A stretch of 62,455 bases of DNA, from positions 1-62,455 of the forward strand of contig JBJEHN010000097.1 of assembly GCA_051876105.1 (NCBI GenBank). Direction: 5' to 3'. A program made the translations under genes and the position numbers. Positions 51,401-62,430 of this stretch are shown here, in pieces. The notes under the pieces were generated by a model that was given only the letters and a program-made list of their open reading frames with translations, ran no database searches and had not been told where the DNA came from. Source of the DNA: Coriobacteriales bacterium (GTDB lineage: Bacteria; Actinomycetota; Coriobacteriia; Coriobacteriales; QAMH01). The first letter of the stretch is position 1, and each line of letters begins with the position of its first letter.

Positions 51401-52870
51401 CTCGGTGGGGATCCCCAGGTTGGAAGCGAAGTTCTCCAGGAAGCTGCCGCAGCCGGACGAGCAGGCCTCGTTTACCACGATGTTGGTGACCACGCCGTCG
51501 TCAAGCCAGATGGCCTTCATGTCCTGGCCGCCTATGTCGAGGATGAAGCTGGCGTCGGGCAGCCAGGTTCGCGCCGCGGTGGCGTGGGCGACCGTCTCGA
51601 CCACGTGGTAGTCGGCGTGGAACGCCTCCTTCATCAGCAGCTCGCCGTAGCCGGTGGTGCCCACGCCCAGGATCTGGAGCTCCACGCCGCGCTCGCGGTA
51701 GCGCCGGTGCATGGCCAGCAGGGCGCTGCGCGCCACGTCGAGCGGCTCGCCCTCGTTGTGGGCGTAGAAGCTGTCGAGCAGGCGGTCGTCCTCACCCCAG
51801 AGCACGAACTTGGTGGTAGTGCTGCCGCAGTCGATGCCCAGGTAGGCGCGCAGGCTGGAGCCGGGCTCCAGCTCCAGCTGCGGCAGGCTGGGCATGCGGT
51901 GGCGCTCCTGGAAGGCCTCCTGCTCCTGCAGGCTGGAGAAGAAGGGCGGCTCCTGCGTGCCGTTGGCCAGGCCGCTGTGCGCGCACTCCTCGAGCGCAGC
52001 CAGGGCAGCCTGCGGCTCCAAGGCGGCATGCTCACCCCCGAAGACGCCCTCCACGGCCAACGCCGCGCCCAGGGCGACGATGGTCTCCGGGTGCTCGGGG
52101 ACCAGCACGTCTTCCTCGGCGAGCTCCAGGCGCTGCGCGAAGACGCGGATGAGCTGGGGGTTGAAGGTGAGGGGCCCGCCCTCGAAGATCACGGGCGGCT
52201 CGATGTCGAGGCCCTGAGCCAGGCCGCCGATGGTCTGCTTGGCGATGGCGTGGAAGGTGGACAGAGCCAGGTCCTCCTTGGCAACGCCCTGGTTCAGGAG
52301 GGGCTGGATGTCGGTCTTGGCGTAGACGCCGCAGCGCCCTGATATGTCGTAGACGTGAGATCCCTGCTCAGCGCTGGCGTTGAACTCCTCCACGGGCGTG
52401 TGCAGCAGGTTGGCTATCTCGTCGATGAAGGCACCCGTGCCGCCGGCGCAGCTGCCGTTCATGCGCATGTCGCTCACGGTCATGGCCCCGGTCTGGGGGT
52501 CGGGCGCGAGGAAGATCATCTTTGCGTCCTGCCCGCCGAGCTCGATGGCCGTGCGTGCCTGCGGGTAGAAGTGCCTGATAGCGATGGAGTTTGCCACGAC
52601 CTCTTGGATGAAGGGCACGCCAAGGGCTTCGGCCAGGGGGGCGGCGCCGGAGCCGGTGATGGCGCAGAGGAACTCTGCACCGGGGAAGCGCTCCGCAATC
52701 GCTTCGAGGGATTGCGCCAGCGCCTGGGCCTGGCGAGCGCCGTGGCGCTTGTACTCCCGGAAGAGGACGCTGCCGCTGAGCGGGTCGAGCACAACGGCTT
52801 TAACTGTGGTCGACCCCACGTCAAAGCCGATGTTGAGTGTCTGTTTATGTGGAATCTCGCTACCGCTCAA
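48464..52870 (-). CDS. Large 2-hydroxyacyl-CoA dehydratase activase-like fusion (two BadF/BcrAD ATPase domains plus C-terminal DUF2229-like regions)
   Basis: Two GxDxGSTTxK...GGQDxK...N.xC(A/S)xG(T/C)G.F repeats, CPFC..RC linker, VCFPAK..HGH, CGHDA, QPFGCLPNH; TTG start after GGGAGGAG. Confidence 0.85.
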   Translation of the reverse strand: MSGSEIPHKQTLNIGFDVGSTTVKAVVLDPLSGSVLFREYKRHGARQAQALAQSLEAIAERFPGAEFLCAITGSGAAPLAEALGVPFIQEVVANSIAIRHFYPQARTAIELGGQDAKMIFLAPDPQTGAMTVSDMRMNGSCAGGTGAFIDEIANLLHTPVEEFNASAEQGSHVYDISGRCGVYAKTDIQPLLNQGVAKEDLALSTFHAIAKQTIGGLAQGLDIEPPVIFEGGPLTFNPQLIRVFAQRLELAEEDVLVPEHPETIVALGAALAVEGVFGGEHAALEPQAALAALEECAHSGLANGTQEPPFFSSLQEQEAFQERHRMPSLPQLELEPGSSLRAYLGIDCGSTTTKFVLWGEDDRLLDSFYAHNEGEPLDVARSALLAMHRRYRERGVELQILGVGTTGYGELLMKEAFHADYHVVETVAHATAARTWLPDASFILDIGGQDMKAIWLDDGVVTNIVVNEACSSGCGSFLENFASNLGIPTEHIAREAFRSTNPAKLGSRCTVFMNSSIVTQQRQGKTPADIMAGLCRSIVENVFTKVIRLSNLDRLGSKIMVQGGTFCNDAVLRAFEEYVGREVMRAPAPGLMGAIGVALLVKDEMERRAGADGQLPASSFIGWDELERLSYTQEANLICPFCANRCNRSCIRFSNGESFVTGNRCARGEALGNPSSSEVREQLKAAAEAASGVSNLFEERKALLFAEYPCTPLCPSRDVTIGIPRVLSFWDTAPFWTTFWRALGFKVKLSPFSTRRIYESGLHAVTSDTVCFPAKLVHGHIRSLVKSGVDRIFMPIITVVESEGTAKSAESMCAVVKGYPMVINNSDNPERRWGVPFDAPLWHWYTAKDRKRQLCAWMKETFGIAPALTEQAVEMADAAQLSFRTQLQTRGMQVMEEAQAQGRYAVVLASRPYQNDDLVNHDLPKLFNELGIPVLTADSLPQIHTEDLSKSLLEIVNNYHARMLSTALEAAKSPFLEYAQVVNFNCGHDAYLSDEIVRLMHEVSGKTPLVLKLDESDISGPLRIRVRSFIETVNTRRRNGGVPSVRALQDPYHSKFTPEMRAGGADEKTVLIPNTSHAFSMLMAAAFRTQGINAVSLPVGREEAIRLGKKYVHNDICFPCQVVIGEALAALESGQYDPDKVGVAMGKYVGDCRLTHYTALLRKALDDAGYPQVPIITNDDSDTHNVHPGFIMSLPTAMRIAFGLPMIDALEELLRKIRPYELEPGSAQAAFDEGLQLTMDGLEEGGISGMKRGFARAIELMRGVAYDRSTLRPRVLIVGEYLLNFHPGSNHDIEKYLEDNGMEVIEARMTDVIRKTYFYKDAQVREYKLDKPLSYKALYRIENNVFNLAHSTADKIACAHPLYKPAARMQDIVKASDPIIHHTFDAGEGVLIPAEILHHAAQGCRSFIILQPFGCLPNHVVGRGITKKLKELYPDAQILPLDYDPDVAPANIENRLQMLIMDAKSKHE

Positions 52871-53029
52871 GAATTCTCCTCCCGTTCTTAAGGGATAGTT
52901 TAGCGTGACAAAGCTCTTTTTTGCCTTTCTTGGGCGTTGTGCAGAGATGTTCCACGGATGACGCGACGGTGTCGCGGGCGGGGGTCGGCGTGCGGGGGTG
53001 CGGGCGGCTTGAGAAGGGCCGCGCTGCGC

Positions 53030-53078
53030 GAAACACAGGCTTTACAATGGCCGCTTGCCCGTTAAACACTTCGGAAAC
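53030..53078 (+). promoter_or_regulatory. Phased GlnR-like repeats upstream of glnA
   Basis: GAAAC(53030)-N6-TTTAC(53041) and TAAAC(53063)-N6-GAAAC(53074), all in an 11-bp register; CATAAT -10 near 53113. Confidence 0.5.
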
Positions 53079-53167
53079 AAAAGCGCCGTAAGGTAGCACA
53101 CGTACTCATACGTCATAATGCGTTTCATGAGTTGACCGGAAACGTTCTCGAGCAAGGGAGCCGGCTA

Positions 53168-55258
<2,091 letters not shown>

Positions 55259-55282
55259 GGGCAGCTCCAGAGCCACAGCCGC

Positions 55283-55319
55283 GCGGCCCCGCTCCCCTCA
55301 CAGGGCGGGGCCGCTCTTT
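55283..55319 (+). terminator. Probable terminator
   Basis: GCGGCCCCGC...GCGGGGCCGC-TCTTT after glnA. Confidence 0.65.
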
Positions 55320-55402
55320 GTGCGCAAGTCCCCAAATCTGCCGCGGCTTTGGGGACTCTGTCGTATGATTGCGGGGTACAGCCTGGAGAAAGGACGCTAT
55401 CC

Positions 55403-56488
55403 GTGGCCCTCATCAACCGCAAGAAGCCCGCGACCCCCGCTTGGGAGGACGAGATCCAGCCCCTGCCGGAGAAGCTCATCACCTACGCCATCCCCTGCTA
55501 CAACTCCGCCGAGTACATGGACCACTGCATCGAGTCCATCCTGGCGTGCAACTGCGATGACATCGAGATCATCGTGGTCGACGACGGCTCTGCCAAGGAC
55601 AACACCTTCGAGAAGGCCCAGGTCTGGGAGACCGCCTACCCCGGCATCGTCCGCGCCGTCCACCAGGAGAACGGAGGCCACGGAGCAGCCGTCATGAAGG
55701 GCCTGGAAGAGGCCCGCGGCTTGTACTACAAGGTCGTCGACAGCGACGACTGGCTCGACAACGGCTCCAACTGCCACATGCTCGCCAAGCTGCGCGAGTA
55801 CCAGGAGCAGCCGCTCGACCTCATGGTTGTGAACTACGTCTACGAGCACACCACCACCAACACCCAGGAGCCCATGCGCTACCGCCACGTGCTGCCGGTG
55901 GACAGGGTCTTCTCCTGGGACGAGGTGGGCCGCTTCAGCCCTAGCCAGTACATCCTCATGCACAGCGTCGTCTACCGCACGGATATGCTGCGCGCGGTCA
56001 ACCTCGACCTTCCGCGCCACACCTTCTACGTGGACAACATCTTCGTCTACAAGCCGCTGCCCTTCTGCAACCGCATCTACTACCTCGACGTCGACCTCTA
56101 CCGCTACTTCATCGGCCGCGAGGACCAGTCTGTCAACGAGCAGGTGATGGTGGGCCGCATCGAGCAGCAGCTCCGCATCACGCGCGAGATGATCGACGCC
56201 TACCACCTCGACCGCGATGTCAAGAGCAAGCGGCTGCGCAGCTACATGTACAGCTACCTCACGATGATGATGTGCATCTGCACGGTCTTCAGCATGATGA
56301 GCGAGCGCGAGGACAAGGAGGAGCTGCGCGCGGGCATCTGGCGCTACCTCGAGGAGCACGACCAGAAGATGTACCGCCATGTCAAGCACAGCCTGCTGGG
56401 CTCTGCGATGCAGCTGCACGGCAACGTGGGCGACAAGGTGCTCCTGGGCGGCTACCACATCGCGCAGAAGGTCTTCAAGTTCAACTAG
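55403..56488 (+). CDS. Glycosyltransferase family 2
   Basis: IPCYNS, IIVVDDGS, QENGGHG, VVDSDD, FYVD, GREDQSV; GTG start after GAAAGGA. Confidence 0.9.
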   Translation: MALINRKKPATPAWEDEIQPLPEKLITYAIPCYNSAEYMDHCIESILACNCDDIEIIVVDDGSAKDNTFEKAQVWETAYPGIVRAVHQENGGHGAAVMKGLEEARGLYYKVVDSDDWLDNGSNCHMLAKLREYQEQPLDLMVVNYVYEHTTTNTQEPMRYRHVLPVDRVFSWDEVGRFSPSQYILMHSVVYRTDMLRAVNLDLPRHTFYVDNIFVYKPLPFCNRIYYLDVDLYRYFIGREDQSVNEQVMVGRIEQQLRITREMIDAYHLDRDVKSKRLRSYMYSYLTMMMCICTVFSMMSEREDKEELRAGIWRYLEEHDQKMYRHVKHSLLGSAMQLHGNVGDKVLLGGYHIAQKVFKFN

Positions 56489-56705
56489 CCGCAGCTGGCC
56501 AGAGTAGGCTGCGAGCTGTCTTTCGTCCAGGAGCGGGAAGCGCCTCCCTCACCGCCGCGCGTAGGGCGGGTTGGGCAGGGCCCCGCTTTGGCCAGACGGC
56601 GCCCTGCTTTGCCATGCCCGGCGGGAGAGGATCTCGCGTCCGCTGCCCATGCGTGGCATAATCAAAGCTTGCGTTTAACCTGATGAGTAGTGAGGAACAC
56701 AGAGC

Positions 56706-57788
56706 ATGTACAGCAAGCTCACCAAGATAATCGAGGCCTACGAGGCCCTGGAGGCCAAGCTGGGCGACCCGGCGGTCATGGCCGATATGAAGGAGTACAC
56801 CAAGCTCACCAAGGAGCATGCCAACCAGAGGGACCTGGTCGAGCACGCCCGCCAGTACGTGAGCCTGAGCGACCAGCTCGCCAACGCCAAGGACGTCCTC
56901 AAGAACGAGACCGACCCCGACTTCAAGGAGCTCGCGCAGGAGGAGATCGCAGAGATCGAGCCCCAGCTGCCCGCCCTTGAGGATGAGATCAAGTTCATGC
57001 TCCTGCCGGCGGACCCCAACGACGAGAAGGACATCATCGTCGAGATCCGCTCTGCCGCCGGCGGCGACGAGGCCGCCATCTTCGCAGGCGACCTCTTCAA
57101 GATGTACAGCCGCTACGCCGAGAGCAAGAAGTGGAAGATCGAGGTCATCGACTCCAACCCCTCCGACCAGGGCGGCTTCTCCAAGATCGAGTTCAAGATG
57201 CTGGGAGACAAGGTCTACAGCTCGATGAAGTTCGAGTCTGGCGTGCACCGCGTGCAGCGCGTCCCCAAGACGGAGAGCCAGGGACGCATCCAGACCTCCA
57301 CGGCAACCGTCGCCGTGCTCCCCGAGGCAGACGATATCGAGATCGACATCAAGCAGGAGGACCTGCGCATCGATGTCTACCGTGCAGGCGGCCCCGGCGG
57401 CCAGTGCGTGAACACCACGGACTCCGCCGTGCGCATCACCCACCTGCCCACGGGCCTGGTGGTGCAGTCTCAGGACCAGAAGTCCCAGATCCAGAACCGA
57501 GAAGCCGCCATGCAGGTGCTGCGCGCCCGCCTCTACGACAAGATGCTCCAGGAGCAGCAGGAGGCCCTGGGCGCAGACCGTCGCAGCCAGATCGGCGGCG
57601 GCAACCGCTCCGAGAAGATCCGCACCTACAACGGCCCGCAGGACCGCGTGACCGACCACCGAATCGGCTACAACGGCACCTACAACGGCGTGCTGAACGC
57701 AGACGGTCTGGCCGACCTCATCGAGAACCTGGCCGCCGCTGACCGCGCCGCGCGCCTCGAGGCCGCAACCGCCGGAGAGGCCCAGTAG
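56706..57788 (+). CDS. prfA: Peptide chain release factor 1
   Basis: [19 protein letters not shown] (PxT motif of RF1), [15 protein letters not shown]. Confidence 0.97.
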   Translation: MYSKLTKIIEAYEALEAKLGDPAVMADMKEYTKLTKEHANQRDLVEHARQYVSLSDQLANAKDVLKNETDPDFKELAQEEIAEIEPQLPALEDEIKFMLLPADPNDEKDIIVEIRSAAGGDEAAIFAGDLFKMYSRYAESKKWKIEVIDSNPSDQGGFSKIEFKMLGDKVYSSMKFESGVHRVQRVPKTESQGRIQTSTATVAVLPEADDIEIDIKQEDLRIDVYRAGGPGGQCVNTTDSAVRITHLPTGLVVQSQDQKSQIQNREAAMQVLRARLYDKMLQEQQEALGADRRSQIGGGNRSEKIRTYNGPQDRVTDHRIGYNGTYNGVLNADGLADLIENLAAADRAARLEAATAGEAQ

Positions 57789-57880
57789 CCCCATTTCCAT
57801 GCACGTCCCCGCGCCCCGCAGCCCTGCCAGGGTTGCGGGGCGCTATGCAAGGCGCGCCATCCGCGCTCAAAGGAGGAACC

Positions 57881-58741
57881 ATGCCAGACAACGAGCTGTG
57901 GACCGTGCAGCGCACCCTCGCCTGGTGCACGGACTACCTCGAGCGCCACGGCGATGAGCACCCCTCGCGCAGTGCCGAGTGGCTCATGAGCGCCGCTACG
58001 GGCATGAGCCGCGTGGAGCTCTACGCCTTCTACGACAAGCCCCTCTCCATGGGCGAGCGCGACGTGCTGCGTGAGAGCCTGCGCCGCCGCGGGGCGGGCG
58101 AGCCCCTGCAGTACGTCACCGGCGAGGCTGCCTTCCGCCACATCATCGTTCGCACGGCCCCGGGGGTGCTGATCCCGCGCCCTGAGACCGAGCTGCTCGT
58201 GGAGCTGGCCCTGCAGCACGCGTCCGTCTGCCAGCTCGAGGAGCCTCGCGTGCTCGAGGTGGGCTGCGGGACGGGCTGCGTTGCCCTCTCCATCGCCCGG
58301 GAGTGCCCTGCCCACGTGGTCGCTACGGACATCTCTCCGCAAGCCGTCGCCTGCGCGCGCCGCAACGCAGAGGCGCTCGAGCTCTGCGAGCGCGTGGAGG
58401 TTGTGGAGACGGACTGCGCGCAGGGCGTGGAGGGTCCCTTCGAGATGCTGGTGAGCAACCCTCCCTACATCCCCAGCGCCGTGGTGGCCGGCCTCGACCG
58501 CGAGGTCGTGGGTTACGAGCCGCACCTGGCACTCGATGGGGGAGAGGACGGCCTCGACTTCTTCAACCGCCTGCTGCCCGTGGCGCGCGAGCTGCTCGTG
58601 CCCGGCGGCTTCTTCGCCTGCGAGCTTCACGAGACCTGCCTCGACGAGGCCCTCGCCCGCGCAGCGGCTGCGGGCTTGCGCGAGGCCGCCGTCCACCGCG
58701 ACCTCGCGGGCAGGCCCCGCTTCCTCACTGCCCGCGCCTGA
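57881..58741 (+). CDS. prmC: Release factor glutamine methyltransferase
   Basis: EPLQY..G, VLIPRPETE, GCGTG, VSNPPYI, EP.LALDGG.DGL; follows prfA. Confidence 0.95.
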   Translation: MPDNELWTVQRTLAWCTDYLERHGDEHPSRSAEWLMSAATGMSRVELYAFYDKPLSMGERDVLRESLRRRGAGEPLQYVTGEAAFRHIIVRTAPGVLIPRPETELLVELALQHASVCQLEEPRVLEVGCGTGCVALSIARECPAHVVATDISPQAVACARRNAEALELCERVEVVETDCAQGVEGPFEMLVSNPPYIPSAVVAGLDREVVGYEPHLALDGGEDGLDFFNRLLPVARELLVPGGFFACELHETCLDEALARAAAAGLREAAVHRDLAGRPRFLTARA

Positions 58742-58809
58742 GGGCGCAACGGTTTTCCAAACGCTGTGTTCTTCTCATGAAGGTCTTGTCGGCATTCTTA
58801 AATTTATCC

Positions 58810-58838
58810 TTGACGTAAGATTATTAAACATGAAGAAT
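58810..58838 (+). promoter_or_regulatory. Putative modA promoter
   Basis: TTGACG-17 nt-AAGAAT in an AT-rich intergenic stretch. Confidence 0.45.
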
Positions 58839-58922
58839 AGACCTCACGGCGGATTATATTCCGCAGGGATTGTGTGCTCGCAAGGTGTAAACCGCGGGCA
58901 AGACAAAGGAGAGGAAGCACTT

Positions 58923-59792
58923 ATGAATCGTCGTTCTTTCACAAAGGGCATCGTCGCCACCGCGGCATCTCTGAGCCTTGTCGCTTGCTTTGGCCTCGCC
59001 GGCTGCGGCGGCAACAGCGCTAGCAGCGGTTCCAACAACGCCCAGCCTGCAGTCGAGCTGCAGGTCTTTGCGGCCAACTCCCTCGAGAAGGCGCTCCCCG
59101 AGGTCCAGGCCCTCTACACCGAGCAGACCGGTGTCACCTTTGCAGACACCCAGTTCAAGGCCTCCGGCGACCTGGTCGCCCAGCTTGAGGGCGGTGCTGC
59201 TGCAGACATCCTGATCACCGCCTCCACCGGCACCATGGACAAGGCAGTCGCCGACGGCTTCGTCGCCGAGGGTGCAGCCACCAACATGTTCGTCAACGAC
59301 CTCGTCGTCGTTACCGCCGCAGACTCCACCATCACCATCTCCAGCCTGGAGGACCTGGCAACCGACGCCATCACTTCCATTGCCATCGGAGACCCCAACG
59401 TCGTCCCCGCTGGCAAGTACGCTGTCCAGGCCCTCGAGTCTGCTGGCCTGTGCACCACCGAGACCGCTGAGGACGGCACCATCACCGTCACCTATGACAA
59501 GTCCATCGCCAAGAAGATCAACGACGGCGCTGACAAGGTCGGCACCGTTGCCTCCTATGTGAACGAGGGCCAGTGCGACGTCGGCTTCGTCTACACCTCC
59601 GACCTCTACCGCTACGACGGCATCCAGTCCATCTTCACCACCCCTGCCGACTCCCACAAGGACATCCTCTACCCCGGCGCTGCCATCACTGACTCCGCCA
59701 ACGCAGAGGCTGCAGCCGAGTTCCTTGACTTCTGCCTGAACAACGCAGACGCTCAGAAGATCTGGCAGCAGTACGGCTTCGAGCTTGCCTAA
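58923..59792 (+). CDS. modA: Molybdate ABC transporter substrate-binding lipoprotein
   Basis: NRRSF twin-arginine-like signal with LAGC lipobox, VFAANSL, ASG.L..Q...GA.AD, IGDP..VPAG.YA, GFVY.SD, YGF. Confidence 0.92.
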   Translation: MNRRSFTKGIVATAASLSLVACFGLAGCGGNSASSGSNNAQPAVELQVFAANSLEKALPEVQALYTEQTGVTFADTQFKASGDLVAQLEGGAAADILITASTGTMDKAVADGFVAEGAATNMFVNDLVVVTAADSTITISSLEDLATDAITSIAIGDPNVVPAGKYAVQALESAGLCTTETAEDGTITVTYDKSIAKKINDGADKVGTVASYVNEGQCDVGFVYTSDLYRYDGIQSIFTTPADSHKDILYPGAAITDSANAEAAAEFLDFCLNNADAQKIWQQYGFELA

Positions 59793-59834
59793 CAGCTTGA
59801 GGGTATCGGCCCCGCTAGGGCGCCGATAGTTTTG

Positions 59835-59873
59835 AGAAAGGGGCGGCGGTGCACAATCGCTGCCCCTTTCTTT
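59835..59873 (+). terminator. Terminator between modA and modB
   Basis: AGAAAGGGGCGGCGGT-loop-ATCGCTGCCCCTTTCT-TT; a TACAAT -10 follows at 59876. Confidence 0.8.
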
Positions 59874-59917
59874 CGTACAATCATCTCCGTTGAGATGAAT
59901 TGCCAAGGAGGAATCCG

Positions 59918-61345
59918 ATGTTGAAACACGTTGTCCGAGCATGGGCAACCTGCATGGCGGCCGCTGTGCTCGCGCTGGGGCTGTTCGCAGGGTGCGCATT
60001 CGCCGGCACCGATTCGCAGCCGGAGGCGGGCACGTCGATCGTCTCTGAGGATGCGGGTTTCGGCCTGAGCAGCTTCGAGCGCATGCAGGTGGGCGTCAAC
60101 AAGACCTACCTGAACACCTACTACGGCTACGCCTACTCGCAGGGCAAGGGGACCGAGGACAACGTCACCTTGCTGTGCTTTGACGACCGCATCCTGGTCT
60201 ACATCCCCCAGAAGGTGCTGGACGCAAGCGGCCTCGACCTGGCCGACCCCAACGCCACGGCGATCTTCCAACAGCTCGTGGAGGAGCTTGACGACGGCGC
60301 CTCCAACGGCGGACCCTCCCTCAACAGGGTCAAGGGCAAGGTCCCCTACGAGTACACCACCGAGCGCACCGCGCAGGTGGGCGATGTCTCGGTCGAGTTC
60401 AGCAAGGAGCTCGAGGAGAACTACTACTACACCATTGTGAAGAAGGAGGGCCTGGACAACAACCGCGGCCTTGCCAGCTTCTGCGATACCTTCAAGCTGC
60501 TGCCGGCAGACCAGGTGGCCGTCGCCTCTGAGGGCGGCTGGTTCGAGCAACTCTCGGCCTTCCTCTGCAAGGTCGACTACCGCCCGCTGTGGGTCTCGCT
60601 CAAGACCGCGGCTGTGGCGATGATCTTCATCTTCATCCTGGGCCTCATCGCGGCCTGGCGCAGCATGCACGTCAAGAGCCGCTGGAAGAGCCTGCTCGAC
60701 TCGCTCTTCACCATCCCCATGGTCCTGCCCCCAACGGTCTGCGGCTTCTTGCTGCTGCTGGTCTTCGGCAAGAGCACGGCGCTGGGCAGGTTCTTCATCG
60801 ACCACGGCCTCGACCTCGTCTTCACCTGGCCTGCGGCGGTCATCGCCGCGGTGGTCGTGGGCTTCCCGCTGATGTACAGGACGGTGCTGGGCGCTTTCGA
60901 GGCGCTCGACGTCAACATGCTCGACGCCGCCCGCACCCTGGGCTGGAGCGAGACCCGCATCTTCTCCAAGCTGATGCTGCCGCTTGCGTGGCCTTCCATC
61001 GCAGCCGGCATGGTGCTCGCCTTCGCGCGAGCCATGGGCGAGTTCGGCGCAACGCTGTTCTTCGCAGGCAACTACGCGGGCGTCACCCAGACCATGCCCA
61101 TCGCCATCTACTTCAACTGGATGGGCGGCTCTACGGACGTGGCCATCTTCTGGGTCGTCGTCGTCATCGTCATCAGCTTCCTCATCATCATGATCATCAA
61201 CCTCTACAGCGCCCATGTGCAGAAGTTCCGCGTGCAGGGCGCGAGCGGCATCGATGAGGATATGGGCTTTGCGGGCGAGGTACCCCAGCCCGCTCGCGCC
61301 GCCGAGCCTGCCCAAGGCAAGGGCGAGAAGGGGGAGGTGCGCTAA
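59918..61345 (+). CDS. modB: Molybdate ABC transporter permease with an extra N-terminal extracytoplasmic domain
   Basis: ModB core PLWVSLK, PMVLPPTVCGF.LL, FPLMY, AARTLG, FARAMGEFGAT, TQTMP.AIY begins only after about 220 aa. Confidence 0.88.
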   Translation: MLKHVVRAWATCMAAAVLALGLFAGCAFAGTDSQPEAGTSIVSEDAGFGLSSFERMQVGVNKTYLNTYYGYAYSQGKGTEDNVTLLCFDDRILVYIPQKVLDASGLDLADPNATAIFQQLVEELDDGASNGGPSLNRVKGKVPYEYTTERTAQVGDVSVEFSKELEENYYYTIVKKEGLDNNRGLASFCDTFKLLPADQVAVASEGGWFEQLSAFLCKVDYRPLWVSLKTAAVAMIFIFILGLIAAWRSMHVKSRWKSLLDSLFTIPMVLPPTVCGFLLLLVFGKSTALGRFFIDHGLDLVFTWPAAVIAAVVVGFPLMYRTVLGAFEALDVNMLDAARTLGWSETRIFSKLMLPLAWPSIAAGMVLAFARAMGEFGATLFFAGNYAGVTQTMPIAIYFNWMGGSTDVAIFWVVVVIVISFLIIMIINLYSAHVQKFRVQGASGIDEDMGFAGEVPQPARAAEPAQGKGEKGEVR

Positions 61346-62430
61346 TGGCACTGGAGATCAAGATCAAGAAGCACCTGGCTTCCTTCGACCTGGACATCGA
61401 GCTCACCGCCGGGGCCGAGGCGATCGGCTTCCTGGGTGCCAGCGGCTGCGGCAAGAGCCTCACGCTGCGCTGCGTTGCCGGTGTGGAGACGCCTGACGAG
61501 GGCTACATCATCGTCAACGGCAAGACCTTCTTCGACAGCGAGAAGAAAATCAACCTCACACCCCAGCAGCGCAAGACCGCCCTGCTCTTCCAGAACTACC
61601 AGCTCTTCCCCAACATGACGGTTGCCCAGAACGTGGCCGCCGGCATGCCCAAGGGCCTGCCCAAGGACGAGGTGGCGGCGCGCGTCAAACGCTACCTGGG
61701 CATGTTCGACCTCGACGGCTTCCAGGAGCGCTACCCCATGCGCCTCTCCGGTGGCCAGCAGCAGCGCGTGGCCCTGGCCCGCATGCTGGCAGCTGAGCCC
61801 GACGTCCTCATGCTCGACGAGCCCTTCTCCGCGCTCGACTCCCATTTGAAGTCCGGCTTGGAGCAGAACATGCTCGACGTCTTCGACGACTACCACGGCA
61901 CGATCCTCTACGTGAGCCATGACATCGACGAGGCCTTCCGCCTGTGCGACCGCATCGCCGTCGTCAGCGGCGGCAAGATCGAGGAGATGGGCTCTGCGCG
62001 CGACATCGTGCTCAACCCGACGACCCTGGCGGGCCTCAAGCTCTCCGGCTGCAAGAACATCAGCCGCGCTGTGTGGGACGGCGACCAGACCATCGAGGCC
62101 CTCGACTGGGGCATCAGCCTGAGAGTCGGTCCGGACGCGCAGATCCCCCAGGACCTGGCCTACATCGGCGCGCGTGCCAAGTTCATCCGCTTGGCAGACC
62201 CGGGCGAGACCGGCCACAACCTCTACCAGCTGAAGGTGCACCGTGTGGTGGAGAACCGCTTCGACGCGCTGATCACGCTCGAGACCCCCGCCGGGGCCGG
62301 CGCTGGCGACAGGACGCTCATCTACTGGCGCGTCGACAAGCTGCCCCTGAGCAAAGCCCACCTGCCCCAACCCGGTGAGGTGATCCCGCTGCACTTCGAC
62401 GCGCGCCACCTCTACCTGGCAACCCGCTGA
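61345..62430 (+). CDS. modC: Molybdate ABC transporter ATP-binding protein
   Basis: GASGCGKS, LFQNYQLFP, LSGGQQQRVALAR, LDEPFSALD, VSHD; TAATG coupling to modB. Confidence 0.9.
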   Translation: MALEIKIKKHLASFDLDIELTAGAEAIGFLGASGCGKSLTLRCVAGVETPDEGYIIVNGKTFFDSEKKINLTPQQRKTALLFQNYQLFPNMTVAQNVAAGMPKGLPKDEVAARVKRYLGMFDLDGFQERYPMRLSGGQQQRVALARMLAAEPDVLMLDEPFSALDSHLKSGLEQNMLDVFDDYHGTILYVSHDIDEAFRLCDRIAVVSGGKIEEMGSARDIVLNPTTLAGLKLSGCKNISRAVWDGDQTIEALDWGISLRVGPDAQIPQDLAYIGARAKFIRLADPGETGHNLYQLKVHRVVENRFDALITLETPAGAGAGDRTLIYWRVDKLPLSKAHLPQPGEVIPLHFDARHLYLATR

